A stretch of 64,000 bases of DNA from an uncultured Planctomycetia bacterium (GTDB lineage Bacteria > Omnitrophota > Gorgyraeia > Gorgyraeales > Gorgyraeaceae): NCBI GenBank assembly GCA_964415355.1, contig CAYPYS010000001.1, positions 145,733 to 209,732 on the forward strand, given 5' to 3'. Made by a program: the position numbers and the translations under genes. Position 1 is the first letter of the stretch. Each line of letters begins with the position of its first letter. The notes beneath the pieces were generated by a model. The model was not told the DNA's origin and made no database searches. It worked only from the letters and a program-made list of their open reading frames with translations. Below are positions 18,504-27,663 of this stretch, in pieces.

Positions 18504-18540
18504 TAACTTTACATTTCAACAACGTTAAAGTGTAAAGTTA
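18504..18540. repeat. family 1 copy 14 (F, A/A) overlapping the comEC 3' end
   Basis: comEC reads AAC TTT ACA CTT TAA (NFTL*) from the repeat. Confidence 0.9.
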
Positions 18541-19928
18541 GCGAAGAAGTCTGCCAGGGTGAATATTATATGGCCGCAGATATTGTTAAAGCTGGCCAGG
18601 GCATCGCCTAGAAACGGCACGCGCCCAAATAAAAGAAAGGCCATGCCCGCTAGCAGAGATAGGGATAAGGCAGGGATAATGAAAATATTGGCAACGACTG
18701 CGATCGGGGTTATTATTTTGAAATAATAAAATATCAATGGGGCGGTTCCAAGCCAGGCTGACACTGAGACCGCCATAGGCATAAAGATATATTTCCTAAT
18801 GTAAAAATTCGTGTTTTCTTTTGTCAATTTCATAAACTTCGGAACAAGATATAATATCGACAGCACTGCCAGGAATGAAAGCTGAAATCCTACACTAAAG
18901 AGATCTTTTGGATTTTTAAGCAATATAAAAATAGCTGCTGCACCCATAGAATTGTAAACGTCCACCTTTCTCCCCATAAGCATACCTAAAAGAAATATGC
19001 ACGCCATAGCCACTGCCCTGACTACCGAGGGCCTGGAAAGCGTGAGCAGGGCAAATAAAATCAAAAACACAATTGTAAATATATAATAAAACCCCCTGCG
19101 AAACCTCACAAGCTTCAAAAAATTTACAATAAAAAAAGCGATGAGAGCAATGTGAAGCCCGCTTATCGCCAGTATGTGCATGGTGCCTGAATTCTTGAAG
19201 GATCCCTGAATATCTTTAGCTAATTCTGAACGATCCCCCAAAAGAATAGCCCTTAAAAACGCGCCGCTATCCAAAGGCATTTTTTCAAGGACCTGATTTT
19301 TGAGCCTCTCGCGGATCGAATAGAGGCACTTCATGACAGGATTTGATTTGTAATCGCGCGATAAAACAAAGACGCCATGCTCTTTCGTATTTATGATAGC
19401 AAATATATTCTGGCGTTCGAGGTATGTTCGGTAATAATCGTCATAGCGAGGACGCCTTATCGTCCCTCTCACAAGCAACCTGTCTCCGTATCTATAATCC
19501 TTCTCTGTCTGTATATTGATATGCGTCAACCCTGACACCCGACGCTTTATGCCTGACGTCTCTATCGCCTCGACCGCGAATATATAAGTCGAATTGATCT
19601 TGCCATAATACGGCCCTCGCTTTAACGCAGGGGTTTTTATAATACCTACGATGCCTGTCTTTACAGGCTCCTCTTCTAAAAAATACGAGATATGATCGTT
19701 CGAAAAACGGTTAGAATTAAAATGCGCGAGGGATCCAAATAAAACTATTGTCAGTAATAAAAAAATATTCGCGGCCTTCCGATATTTTAAAAGCAGAAGC
19801 GAGGCCAAAATAAAGATCAGATTCATCGTAACTATATGGGTAAATCTGACCCATGCCGGCAAAAATTCAGCCAGTGCGATTCCTGCTATGAATAAAATAG
19901 AGATTATGGCGAGTGGCCGTCTATTCAT
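18525..19928 (-). CDS. comEC: ComEC/Rec2-family DNA internalization channel protein (no beta-lactamase domain)
   Basis: 467-aa polytopic protein with a competence-domain region; last 4 codons and stop (NFTL*) lie inside repeat copy 14. Confidence 0.7.
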   Translation of the reverse strand: MNRRPLAIISILFIAGIALAEFLPAWVRFTHIVTMNLIFILASLLLLKYRKAANIFLLLTIVLFGSLAHFNSNRFSNDHISYFLEEEPVKTGIVGIIKTPALKRGPYYGKINSTYIFAVEAIETSGIKRRVSGLTHINIQTEKDYRYGDRLLVRGTIRRPRYDDYYRTYLERQNIFAIINTKEHGVFVLSRDYKSNPVMKCLYSIRERLKNQVLEKMPLDSGAFLRAILLGDRSELAKDIQGSFKNSGTMHILAISGLHIALIAFFIVNFLKLVRFRRGFYYIFTIVFLILFALLTLSRPSVVRAVAMACIFLLGMLMGRKVDVYNSMGAAAIFILLKNPKDLFSVGFQLSFLAVLSILYLVPKFMKLTKENTNFYIRKYIFMPMAVSVSAWLGTAPLIFYYFKIITPIAVVANIFIIPALSLSLLAGMAFLLFGRVPFLGDALASFNNICGHIIFTLADFFANFTL

Positions 19929-20250
19929 TTATTGTCACAAGATTTCTTATTGCTTCGAATTTTTTACCGCCTATGCCTTTTATGTCTTTTAGCTCTTCTA
20001 TCGAACCGTACCCGCCTATCTTCTCCCTGTAGCTGACTATCTTCGTTGCAAAAACAGGACCTATGCCGGGCAAACCTTCGAATTCTCCGGCGGTAGCAGT
20101 GTTTATGTTCAAAAGGGGTTGCTTTTTTTCTATATCTATCGTTTCGATATCAGACAGGGTTTTTTGAAAATAAGAAAATGTCAGGCAGACTACGCCAAAA
20201 ACAAGGAGGGCAAGTATAGTATGTCTTTCGGATTTTGAGATGGCTAACAC
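19921..20250 (-). CDS. comEA: ComEA-like DNA-binding competence protein (tandem helix-hairpin-helix)
   Basis: 109 aa; N-terminal TM helix and HhH motifs (GLPGIGPVFATKIV...IKGIGGKKFEAI). Confidence 0.75.
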   Translation of the reverse strand: MLAISKSERHTILALLVFGVVCLTFSYFQKTLSDIETIDIEKKQPLLNINTATAGEFEGLPGIGPVFATKIVSYREKIGGYGSIEELKDIKGIGGKKFEAIRNLVTINE

Positions 20251-20901
20251 TTATTTAAGGTCTTCCGTTGTCAAGGCAGGCTCTTCTGTCATGATCCTTA
20301 TCAGATTCGCTATATTATCGTCTCTGTCTTTTGTGAAGATCGCATTCACCAGGTCACCGCTATTAATGTCTTCAAAATTAATCACTGCTGCCTGTCTTAG
20401 TATAGGCGTGGCTTCCAAATTTTTTATTTTAATCCTTAATGTGTTATCGAGCAATTGATCTCTTACTTCTATCCATAAAATCTGGTTTTCGTCTATGCCG
20501 GTATTGACAACCCTGCCTATGATGCTGATGAATGCGGGTATATCTGGCAGTTTAATCTGCGCGGGCGCTGTCGGCATTGCGGCCTGCGCCGGCGTACTCG
20601 GCAATTGCGGCAGACGCGTCTGTGGCCCCGCAACAGGCGAGGCGTGGGTAGCCGAGGTAATCGGTTGCGACATCACTCCAGGAGCTGAGATATTAGGCGA
20701 AGGTGTCGGCGAAACAGAAGCTGAAGGACTGGACGGGAGAGTCGGGGGCAATATCGGCCTGGACGGCTGCGCGCTTTGAGGTTGCTTAGGGAGGCTCGGT
20801 GCTGACGGATACGCCTGTGTCTTTTTTCTTTCCTCAGCTAAACATTGCACAGTCAAACCAATATAGAAAAACAACACGCCGATCAAAAGAATATTCCTCA
20901 T
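20251..20901 (-). CDS. secreted Pro/Ser-rich protein of unknown function with a conserved C-terminal domain
   Basis: Signal peptide, low-complexity proline-rich linker and a ~90-aa C-terminal globular region; abuts comEA with no spacer. Confidence 0.5.
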   Translation of the reverse strand: MRNILLIGVLFFYIGLTVQCLAEERKKTQAYPSAPSLPKQPQSAQPSRPILPPTLPSSPSASVSPTPSPNISAPGVMSQPITSATHASPVAGPQTRLPQLPSTPAQAAMPTAPAQIKLPDIPAFISIIGRVVNTGIDENQILWIEVRDQLLDNTLRIKIKNLEATPILRQAAVINFEDINSGDLVNAIFTKDRDDNIANLIRIMTEEPALTTEDLK

Positions 20902-20918
20902 AACAACCTCTCCTCGCC

Positions 20919-21278
20919 TTATTTCTGTAATTCTTCTTTGACTTCTATGTCTTCGTAACCTGTCACGTAGCCTCCCACAAAAAAGATCTTTTTACTCTTT
21001 GATAAATGCCTGAAATCAACCGGTGTATAAGGCATCCACGCATCGTATACCCAGGTCTCTTTCTTAAGTCCCTGCTCGTCATAACCCGTTTCTATTATTT
21101 GGTCCGGTTCGCCCCATTTCTCAAGCACCTCATCTTCGGCCGTGCCAGAGACCACCATTGTCTTTGTGCTGAGAGGGTGCGTCAACGCGTACCCTGCCGT
21201 CGGAGTCTTTACATCCGCGCAACCAACAATAGCTACAGCGACAAACAAAACTAACGTCAAAAACAATTTCTTCTTCAT
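20919..21278 (-). CDS. small lipoprotein of unknown function
   Basis: MKKKLFLTLVLFVAVAIVGC lipobox; GGGAGGAG SD just upstream; ORF track start 21332 is a repeat-derived extension (MLKCILK). Confidence 0.5.
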   Translation of the reverse strand: MKKKLFLTLVLFVAVAIVGCADVKTPTAGYALTHPLSTKTMVVSGTAEDEVLEKWGEPDQIIETGYDEQGLKKETWVYDAWMPYTPVDFRHLSKSKKIFFVGGYVTGYEDIEVKEELQK

Positions 21279-21313
21279 GGCTCCTCCCGTCCCTGCGTTT
21301 AACATCCTCGGCT

Positions 21314-21350
21314 TAAGTATACACTTTAACATTGTTGAAGTGTATACTTA
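21314..21350. repeat. family 1 copy 15 (C/C)
   Basis: TAAGTATACACTTTAACATTGTTGAAGTGTATACTTA. Confidence 0.85.
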
Positions 21351-21373
21351 AGAATTCCCGTGCAGTTCAGTAG

Positions 21374-22573
21374 TTACTTTACTATATACTCGACGAGTTT
21401 TATATTAAAATTTTCTAAATCCTCAAAATCTCCCTTATACGCGCCGAGAAGCGACTCCTTAAAAGCCATGTCTTTTAATATGAATTCGCAAAACCTCCTG
21501 AATTTCTTTCTGCCGTATTGCGTAATTAGAAATTCGACCATCTTTTCTGACTGCGCGTAAAAAAGTTCTCGCATAGCCTTGCCATCGGGATATCGCGCCA
21601 TACGCAAAAGATCCCCCAGGAGAATGTGCCTTCCTTCCTTTATATATTTCACAAGAATCTTATTTGATAGACTCGTTACGCTCGCCTCATAATTCGCCAG
21701 GCCCTCGTTCAGCCACAATGGGATAGTGCTATCATTGGCTATATCCGAAAAAATAAGGTGGGTCAACTCGTGCGGAAACGTAACCGCAAGATATCCGTCG
21801 GACAAGGCGCATAAAAACATCTCTTTCTCGCCGTAATTAGGCACGAATCCGCCCACCAGCTCCGCGTTAAATCCTATATTTTTCAAAAAACTCTTCCATT
21901 TATCAATGTTCTCCACGATATACACCTGACATTTTTTGTCCCATTCTATCTCACCCTCATAACCAAGGTCGTAGGAAATCTTTTCGAAATAATACTCTGC
22001 CTTGTCGCTCACTATCTTCGACTGCGCTTTATCGCGATAATATATTGAAAAATGTTCCGTCTCTCTTACAAACCAATTTCCTTTAGCGAGTAATTTTTTT
22101 GAAAATTCAGACCTCTTCTTCCTATCTGCCTTCTTAGAAAATCTCGTCTCGCTATGTTTTTCACTGGCTATGCTCGATGCCTGCAGTCGTTCTTTCTCTT
22201 CAGGCGTGACCCAATCTCCTTCATGCTCAACCAATCCTTTTTTTCTCTGTTCCTCTTTAAAGGTTTCGTCTATTTTTGGTTCCGTCTCTGACTCCGGAGA
22301 CCCTTTCCTCTGCGCCTTATCTGTTTCCCAGTCTTCCTCCATCTTTAATCGTTCATCATCGGATTCTTTCTCGACTCTATCAATGTCCTTTTTGGAAAAT
22401 GTAACTGTTGCGCCTATATTGATCTTGATCTCAACAGAGTCCTCGCTCTCTTTGGTAATAATGCCCGAGACCTTGTTGCCATTTTTTAGATAAATGTCGT
22501 CTGCAAAAATCACTGAACCGCACAGCGACAATATCAATAACATGCAAATCATACCAAAAATACTTTTTTTCAT
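21374..22573 (-). CDS. secreted HExxH zinc metallopeptidase-like protein with an acidic Lys/Glu-rich region
   Basis: Signal peptide, HELTH motif; ORF track start 22588 is a GTG, and ATG at 22571-22573 (MKKSIFGMICML...) is the likelier start. Confidence 0.5.
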   Translation of the reverse strand: MKKSIFGMICMLLILSLCGSVIFADDIYLKNGNKVSGIITKESEDSVEIKINIGATVTFSKKDIDRVEKESDDERLKMEEDWETDKAQRKGSPESETEPKIDETFKEEQRKKGLVEHEGDWVTPEEKERLQASSIASEKHSETRFSKKADRKKRSEFSKKLLAKGNWFVRETEHFSIYYRDKAQSKIVSDKAEYYFEKISYDLGYEGEIEWDKKCQVYIVENIDKWKSFLKNIGFNAELVGGFVPNYGEKEMFLCALSDGYLAVTFPHELTHLIFSDIANDSTIPLWLNEGLANYEASVTSLSNKILVKYIKEGRHILLGDLLRMARYPDGKAMRELFYAQSEKMVEFLITQYGRKKFRRFCEFILKDMAFKESLLGAYKGDFEDLENFNIKLVEYIVK

Positions 22574-22589
22574 ATGCTTAATTCTCACT

Positions 22590-22626
22590 TAAGTATACAT
22601 TTTAACAATGTTAAAGTGTATACTTA
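22590..22626. repeat. family 1 copy 16 (C/C, near-perfect palindrome)
   Basis: TAAGTATACATTTTAACAATGTTAAAGTGTATACTTA. Confidence 0.85.
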
Positions 22627-22650
22627 AACGTATGAACTCAGACCCAAGGT

Positions 22651-25107
22651 CTACACCGCGAGATTCACGAGCTTGCCTTTAACCAGTATAAATTTCTTGG
22701 GCTGCTTGCCCCCTGTCCACTTGTTGACAACGGGATTTTCCAGCACAAGAGTTTTGATCTCGTCCTCGCTCGCGGAAGAGGAAATCTCGAGCTTGGCCCT
22801 GACCCTGCCGTTTATCTGAATGACCAATGTTAGCTTTTCCTGGCTGAGCGCGCTCTCTTCATAACCAGGCCAATCTGCTCCAAAGACGCTCTTTTTGTTG
22901 CCGAGTTTCTCCCACATCTCTTCGGCAATGTGCGGGACAAACGGCGCCATAAGAATCACTGTTGTCTCAATGGCCTTCTTCACGTCATCCGCATTCTGCA
23001 TCCCGCATTCCGCAGACTTATAAATCTCGTTAACGAGCTCCATTATCGCGCTAAGCGCAGTATTAAAATGAAAAGTTGTTTCCATGTCCTCAGTGACTTT
23101 TTTAATTGTAAGGTGTGTCCTGCGCTTAAGTTCTGAGATTTGATTCTCTGACGGCTGACGACCCGCGGCTGATGACGAACTACTATCGACTAATCTCCAC
23201 ACCCTGTTCAAAAATCTCCACGCGCCTTCTACCCCGCGGTCATTCCACTCAGCATCCTTCTCAGGCGGGCCAATGAATAATGTATAAAGCCGCACTGTAT
23301 CTGCGCCGTATTTGTCGATAAGCTTGTCAGGGCTCACCACATTGCCTTTTGACTTCGACATCTTGGCCCCGTCTTTCACGATCATGCCCTGAGTAAAAAG
23401 TTTCGCGAACGGCTCATTAAAACCGATGTATCCTGCATCGTAAAGCACCTTTACGATGAACCTCGAGTACATAAGATGCAATATCGCATGCTCCACCCCG
23501 CCGATATATTGGTCGACAGGCAGCCATTTATCGACCACGCCCCTGTCAAATGCCTGATTTTTATCTTTTGGCGAGAGATATCTCAGGAAATACCAACTCG
23601 AATCTACAAACGTATCCATGGTATCTATTTCGCGCATTGCCCTTGAACCGCATTTGGGGCATTTTGTATTTACGAAACCCCTGACCTCTTTAAGCGGCGA
23701 CTCGCCATGCGGCCTGAATTCTACTTTTTCAGGCAAAAGTACGGGGAGGTTTTTTTCACTAACTGCCTGCATGCCGCATTTATCGCAATATACAATCGGG
23801 ATAGGCGCACCCCAGTACCTCTGTCTTGAGATCAACCAATCCCTTAATTTATAATGGACCTTGCGCCTGCCTATACCCTCGACCTCCATGTAATCCGAGA
23901 TCTTTTCAATTGCCTCAAGACTCCCCAGGCCATTGAATCGCCCGGAATTCACCATCACACCTTCTCCAGCATAGGCTTGTTTCATGCTCTCGGCTTTAAG
24001 CGGTTCTTTTATATCGTCGATCACCACCACTATCGGCAGTTTGCACTTTTTTGCAAATTCAAAATCGCGCTGGTCGTGCGCAGGGACAGCCATGACCGCG
24101 CCAGTGCCGTATTCCATCAATACATAATTCGCGATCCAGAGCGGGATCTTTTTATTGTTAACCGGATTTATAACATACCTTCCCGTGAATACACCTTTTT
24201 TCTCAACGTCTGCCGCGACCCTCTCTGTGACGCTTTCCTTTTTCACCTCGTTGATGAATTTTTTTATCTCGTCTTTATTCTCGGAATCCCTGATAATATC
24301 TTCGACGAGCGGATGCTCTGCGGCGAGCACCATATAGGTAGCACCAAAAATTGTATCGACCCGCGTTGTGAAACAACCAAGCGCCTCGTCAGTGCCGAAA
24401 ATTTTAAAATCTATCTCGACCCCTTTGCTTTTACCTATCCAGTTCTTCTGCATGGTCTTCACTCTCTCAGGCCAATCCTTTAAGAGCGCCAGATCATCCA
24501 GCAGCCGTTGCGCGTAGTCAGTGATCTTAAAAAACCACTGCTCGAGACTGCGCAGCTCGACCTCTGCCGAACATCTCTCGCAGCCGCCGCTCACGACCTG
24601 CTCATTGGCGAGCACAGTCTTGCAAGAAGGGCACCAGTTTACAGGCGCCTTTTTCTTGTAGGCGAGCCCCTTTTCGTAGAGTTTCAAAAATATCCACTGG
24701 GTCCATTTGTAATAGTCCGGCATGCACGACGCAATCTCTCTGCCCCAGTCATAGCCTACGCCCCATGAATCCAGCTGTTTCTTCATTGTCTTTATATTAT
24801 TTAAGGTAGATGTTTTGGGGTGCACCCTGCTTTTTATCGCAGCGTTCTCAGCCGGCAGGCCAAACGCGTCCCAGCCCATTGGTGCCAGCACATTTAGATT
24901 GCGCATGATCTTATAACGGGCGACCACGTCGCCTATGATGTAGTTCCGGCCGTGCCCAACATGGAGCGACGACGACGGATACGGAAACATCATCAGGCAG
25001 TAATACTTTGCCTTGGGAGACTTGGGATCCATCTTGAACAGACCCTGCTTTTCCCACTTTTTCTGCCATTTCTTTTCGATATTTTTAAAAGAATAAATAT
25101 TGCTCAT
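22651..25107 (-). CDS. leuS: leucine--tRNA ligase
   Basis: 818 aa; class I HIGH (HVGH) and KMSKS motifs; CP1 editing domain. Confidence 0.9.
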   Translation of the reverse strand: MSNIYSFKNIEKKWQKKWEKQGLFKMDPKSPKAKYYCLMMFPYPSSSLHVGHGRNYIIGDVVARYKIMRNLNVLAPMGWDAFGLPAENAAIKSRVHPKTSTLNNIKTMKKQLDSWGVGYDWGREIASCMPDYYKWTQWIFLKLYEKGLAYKKKAPVNWCPSCKTVLANEQVVSGGCERCSAEVELRSLEQWFFKITDYAQRLLDDLALLKDWPERVKTMQKNWIGKSKGVEIDFKIFGTDEALGCFTTRVDTIFGATYMVLAAEHPLVEDIIRDSENKDEIKKFINEVKKESVTERVAADVEKKGVFTGRYVINPVNNKKIPLWIANYVLMEYGTGAVMAVPAHDQRDFEFAKKCKLPIVVVIDDIKEPLKAESMKQAYAGEGVMVNSGRFNGLGSLEAIEKISDYMEVEGIGRRKVHYKLRDWLISRQRYWGAPIPIVYCDKCGMQAVSEKNLPVLLPEKVEFRPHGESPLKEVRGFVNTKCPKCGSRAMREIDTMDTFVDSSWYFLRYLSPKDKNQAFDRGVVDKWLPVDQYIGGVEHAILHLMYSRFIVKVLYDAGYIGFNEPFAKLFTQGMIVKDGAKMSKSKGNVVSPDKLIDKYGADTVRLYTLFIGPPEKDAEWNDRGVEGAWRFLNRVWRLVDSSSSSAAGRQPSENQISELKRRTHLTIKKVTEDMETTFHFNTALSAIMELVNEIYKSAECGMQNADDVKKAIETTVILMAPFVPHIAEEMWEKLGNKKSVFGADWPGYEESALSQEKLTLVIQINGRVRAKLEISSSASEDEIKTLVLENPVVNKWTGGKQPKKFILVKGKLVNLAV

Positions 25108-25123
25108 ATCCTCATTCTACCCC

Positions 25124-25160
25124 TAACTTTACATTTCAACAATGTTAAAGTGTATACTTA
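25124..25160. repeat. family 1 copy 17 (F variant, chimeric A/C)
   Basis: TAACTTTACATTTCAACAATGTTAAAGTGTATACTTA; abuts the leuS SD. Confidence 0.85.
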
Positions 25161-25175
25161 AGTCCTTATATCCTT

Positions 25176-25829
25176 TTAATCCCCATTCGTAAATGCATCT
25201 TTTAACACAAACCTGCTGTCATAGGCCAGTAAAACGAATCTCAGTAAGTTGAACGCCACCAGCGCGATCGAGCCGTAAAAAACAATTTGCCTTAGGCTCA
25301 CCAAAAACATGCGCATCTCAAGAATGCCATTCACGACAATAAGGGAATTTACGACCAATGCGAGCGCGGCCAGGCAAAATATCACGATTTTAAAAACGAG
25401 GTACAGGACGCGAGAGGTCTTGGAAGCTACAAAAAACATACCGAGCTTGGATTTATTTATCGCAAAAGTGCTTATGCCGTTTCGCGACGAATGATGCCTT
25501 ATAAAATCTGCTACAAGAGAACGCGCTACAAATATAATTGGTACCGCTATAGGTATAAGCCGCTTATAGGCGAAAAATATCAAGAAGAGGTTCTCTGTGA
25601 TCCTGTCCCCAAGCGTATCCATGAGCCCACCGAGCTTCGACGAGATCCTAAACCTGCGCGCCACATAGCCATCGAACCAATCCAGAATCGCAATAAATAT
25701 CAATAGCGCAAGCCCTGTGATCCTCGAGACAGGAGACATATTGCTCAGTAAAATTATTATTACAAATACTAAAAAGCTCCTGAAAATCACTATCAAATTA
25801 GCCAGATTTTTAAATATTGCAGGTGGCAT
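25176..25829 (-). CDS. CDP-alcohol phosphatidyltransferase family protein
   Basis: DGx2ARx8Gx3Dx3D signature (DWFDGYVARR...GGLMDTLGD); polytopic membrane protein. Confidence 0.7.
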   Translation of the reverse strand: MPPAIFKNLANLIVIFRSFLVFVIIILLSNMSPVSRITGLALLIFIAILDWFDGYVARRFRISSKLGGLMDTLGDRITENLFLIFFAYKRLIPIAVPIIFVARSLVADFIRHHSSRNGISTFAINKSKLGMFFVASKTSRVLYLVFKIVIFCLAALALVVNSLIVVNGILEMRMFLVSLRQIVFYGSIALVAFNLLRFVLLAYDSRFVLKDAFTNGD

Positions 25830-25831
25830 AT

Positions 25832-26917
25832 TTACACACAGAGCGTTTTCTTTAACGAGCTTCCGATCGCGCTATACGCGTCGCATGGACTCCAGCAGGA
25901 CGGGCACGCGTAATGAGAACACTCATAGCTCAGCTTCCTGGTATAATCTGCATTCCAGATCTCGCTTAATTCATTTCTCATATCTTTTATATTCAGGAGC
26001 TTTTTATTGTACACGGCGCATGGAAACAGATTTCCGTATGGGTCGAGAAAACATGTCGAGGAAAGCGCCTGGCATTTCAGCGGGCATTTATGCGTGTCCA
26101 TATACTTAAGGTATAGTTTTAAATATTTACGCCTTAAAAAATTATTTATAGAAAGCCTGCCTTTGTCCATCTCCAAGATCTTTTTAATCTCGCTTTTCAG
26201 TCGAACATTATCAAGCTCCTGCATATCGACATTTTCATAATAAAATGAGGATTTCTGGAATATATTTACTGTCATATCGTCGAATCTAAACTCCGGATAT
26301 GCCTCTTTTAGTGCATTAAAAGTATCTTTGAATCTGCCTATATTATGAGGAGAAAGCGTAAAGCCTATCTGCGCCTTTGCAAAACCATCATTCTTCAGCG
26401 TCTTAAAAGTATCCACGGCTTTATTCCAAGTGCCGCGCACCCCCCTTATCTCATCATGTAATAAAGGCGGGCCGTCTATGCTGACTGTATACACTACCTT
26501 TAATTTTTTGTTCTTCCTCCTGATGTGATCGGTGACTCCGAGTATTTTTTCCTTTAATTGACCGTTTGTGGCAAAGTGAATCGCGCTTAAGTTACGGCAA
26601 TATTTATTTACAATGTCTATTATATCCGAAAGGTCAGGCCTTAAAAACGGCTCGCCGCCCGTGATCCCGACCCAGGAAAATTTATTTGCCTTTTTGAAAA
26701 AATTATCCAGCTCTTCAACTGTGAGCTCGTTTCCTTCAGGTTCTTTTTTCCATATGTTGCACATCTTGCATCGCAGGTTACACCTGTAGGTCACTGCATA
26801 AGACAATTTGAACGGGAAATTTATTCTTTTGATATTTGAAAGTAATAGGGATTTTAAGAAATAGGCTTTTCGGCTCAAGGTCTCTTTAAGTGAAATAAAT
26901 AATTGGTTGCGGGGCAA
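25832..26917 (-). CDS. radical SAM protein with a C-terminal SPASM-like Cys-rich domain
   Basis: CNLRCKMC CxxxCxxC motif; C-terminal CxxC/CPSC cysteines. Confidence 0.7.
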   Translation of the reverse strand: MPRNQLFISLKETLSRKAYFLKSLLLSNIKRINFPFKLSYAVTYRCNLRCKMCNIWKKEPEGNELTVEELDNFFKKANKFSWVGITGGEPFLRPDLSDIIDIVNKYCRNLSAIHFATNGQLKEKILGVTDHIRRKNKKLKVVYTVSIDGPPLLHDEIRGVRGTWNKAVDTFKTLKNDGFAKAQIGFTLSPHNIGRFKDTFNALKEAYPEFRFDDMTVNIFQKSSFYYENVDMQELDNVRLKSEIKKILEMDKGRLSINNFLRRKYLKLYLKYMDTHKCPLKCQALSSTCFLDPYGNLFPCAVYNKKLLNIKDMRNELSEIWNADYTRKLSYECSHYACPSCWSPCDAYSAIGSSLKKTLCV

Positions 26918-27426
26918 AGAATATCAAATTTTTTTATATCGTAAAACTTGAAGGCAATGCCGTTATCCCCGAACAGCTGCATCCACCCCTCTTTTTCCCT
27001 ATGGGTCAACGGGACCGGCATATTTCTGCAATGAATCTTATTCATCAGAAAATCTCTTGCCTTTGCGATCAAGGTCGGCCTGAGTTCGAATACTAAGACC
27101 TCGCGGCAGACCCGCATCGCCTCTTTTATTATCTTTATCTGATCGCCAAAAGGGATATGGTGCAATACTTCGATAAAAAGGCCTGTGTCAAATTCATTGT
27201 CATCAAAATCGAGCTCATCGCATTTCTGCATCGGTTTAAATTTGATATCCCTTTTCAAATAACTAAAGATATCCGTGCCTGTGAGGTCGCAATTGAAAAA
27301 CTTCTCTATCTCATGCGAGATCACGCCATTGCCGCAGCCAATATCCAAAACCTTCTTGCCTTTCGAAAGATGCGGCGAGATCGCCTTTATAACTATCCTC
27401 GCCCTGTACTTTAATGTAAATTCCAT
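26875..27426 (-). CDS. class I SAM-dependent methyltransferase
   Basis: Motif I VLDIGCGNGVIS; real start is probably ATG 27424-27426 (MEFTLKYRAR...), and ORF track start 27450 is a TTG inside repeat copy 18. Confidence 0.65.
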   Translation of the reverse strand: MEFTLKYRARIVIKAISPHLSKGKKVLDIGCGNGVISHEIEKFFNCDLTGTDIFSYLKRDIKFKPMQKCDELDFDDNEFDTGLFIEVLHHIPFGDQIKIIKEAMRVCREVLVFELRPTLIAKARDFLMNKIHCRNMPVPLTHREKEGWMQLFGDNGIAFKFYDIKKFDILCPATNYLFHLKRP

Positions 27427-27431
27427 ACCCC

Positions 27432-27468
27432 TAACTTTACATTTCAACAACGTTAAAGTGTAAAGTTA
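27432..27468. repeat. family 1 copy 18 (F, A/A)
   Basis: Between the methyltransferase start (SD TAGGGGT) and the tRNA-Ala 3' end. Confidence 0.9.
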
Positions 27469-27494
27469 ACTCCCCTTCACGGGTTCTTGTAAAT

Positions 27495-27568
27495 TGGTGG
27501 AGCTGACGGGAATCGAACCCGTGACTCGACAATGCCATTGTCGTGTGATCCCGCTTCACTACAGCCCC
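27495..27568 (-). tRNA. tRNA-Ala (anticodon GGC)
   Basis: 74-nt cloverleaf GGGGCTG...GGTTCGATTCC...CAGCTCC-ACCA; G3:U70 Ala identity pair; anticodon loop ATGGCAT; encoded CCA. Confidence 0.85.
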
Positions 27569-27570
27569 GT

Positions 27571-27658
27571 TGGTGCCGGAGGTGGGAGTCGAACCCACAC
27601 GAGGGGTAACCTCACACGATTTTGAGTCGTGCGCGTCAGCCAATTCCGCCACTCCGGC
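27571..27658 (-). tRNA. tRNA-Leu (anticodon CAA), type II with long variable arm
   Basis: 88 nt GCCGGAG...CTCAAAA anticodon loop...long variable arm...GGTTCGACTCC...CTCCGGC-ACCA; only 2 nt before the tRNA-Ala. Confidence 0.85.
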
Positions 27659-27663
27659 AACTC

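Noticed and set aside
23854-24483. Longer antisense ORFs on the plus strand (for example 23854..24483, 50286..50798 and 52532..53047)
   Set aside because: They lie wholly inside strongly supported minus-strand genes (leuS, the deacetylase and the epimerase), lack SDs, and have low-complexity composition.
27437-27652. 71-aa minus-strand ORF 27437..27652
   Set aside because: It overlaps the tRNA-Ala and tRNA-Leu genes and both flanking element copies, so it is an ORF-caller artefact.
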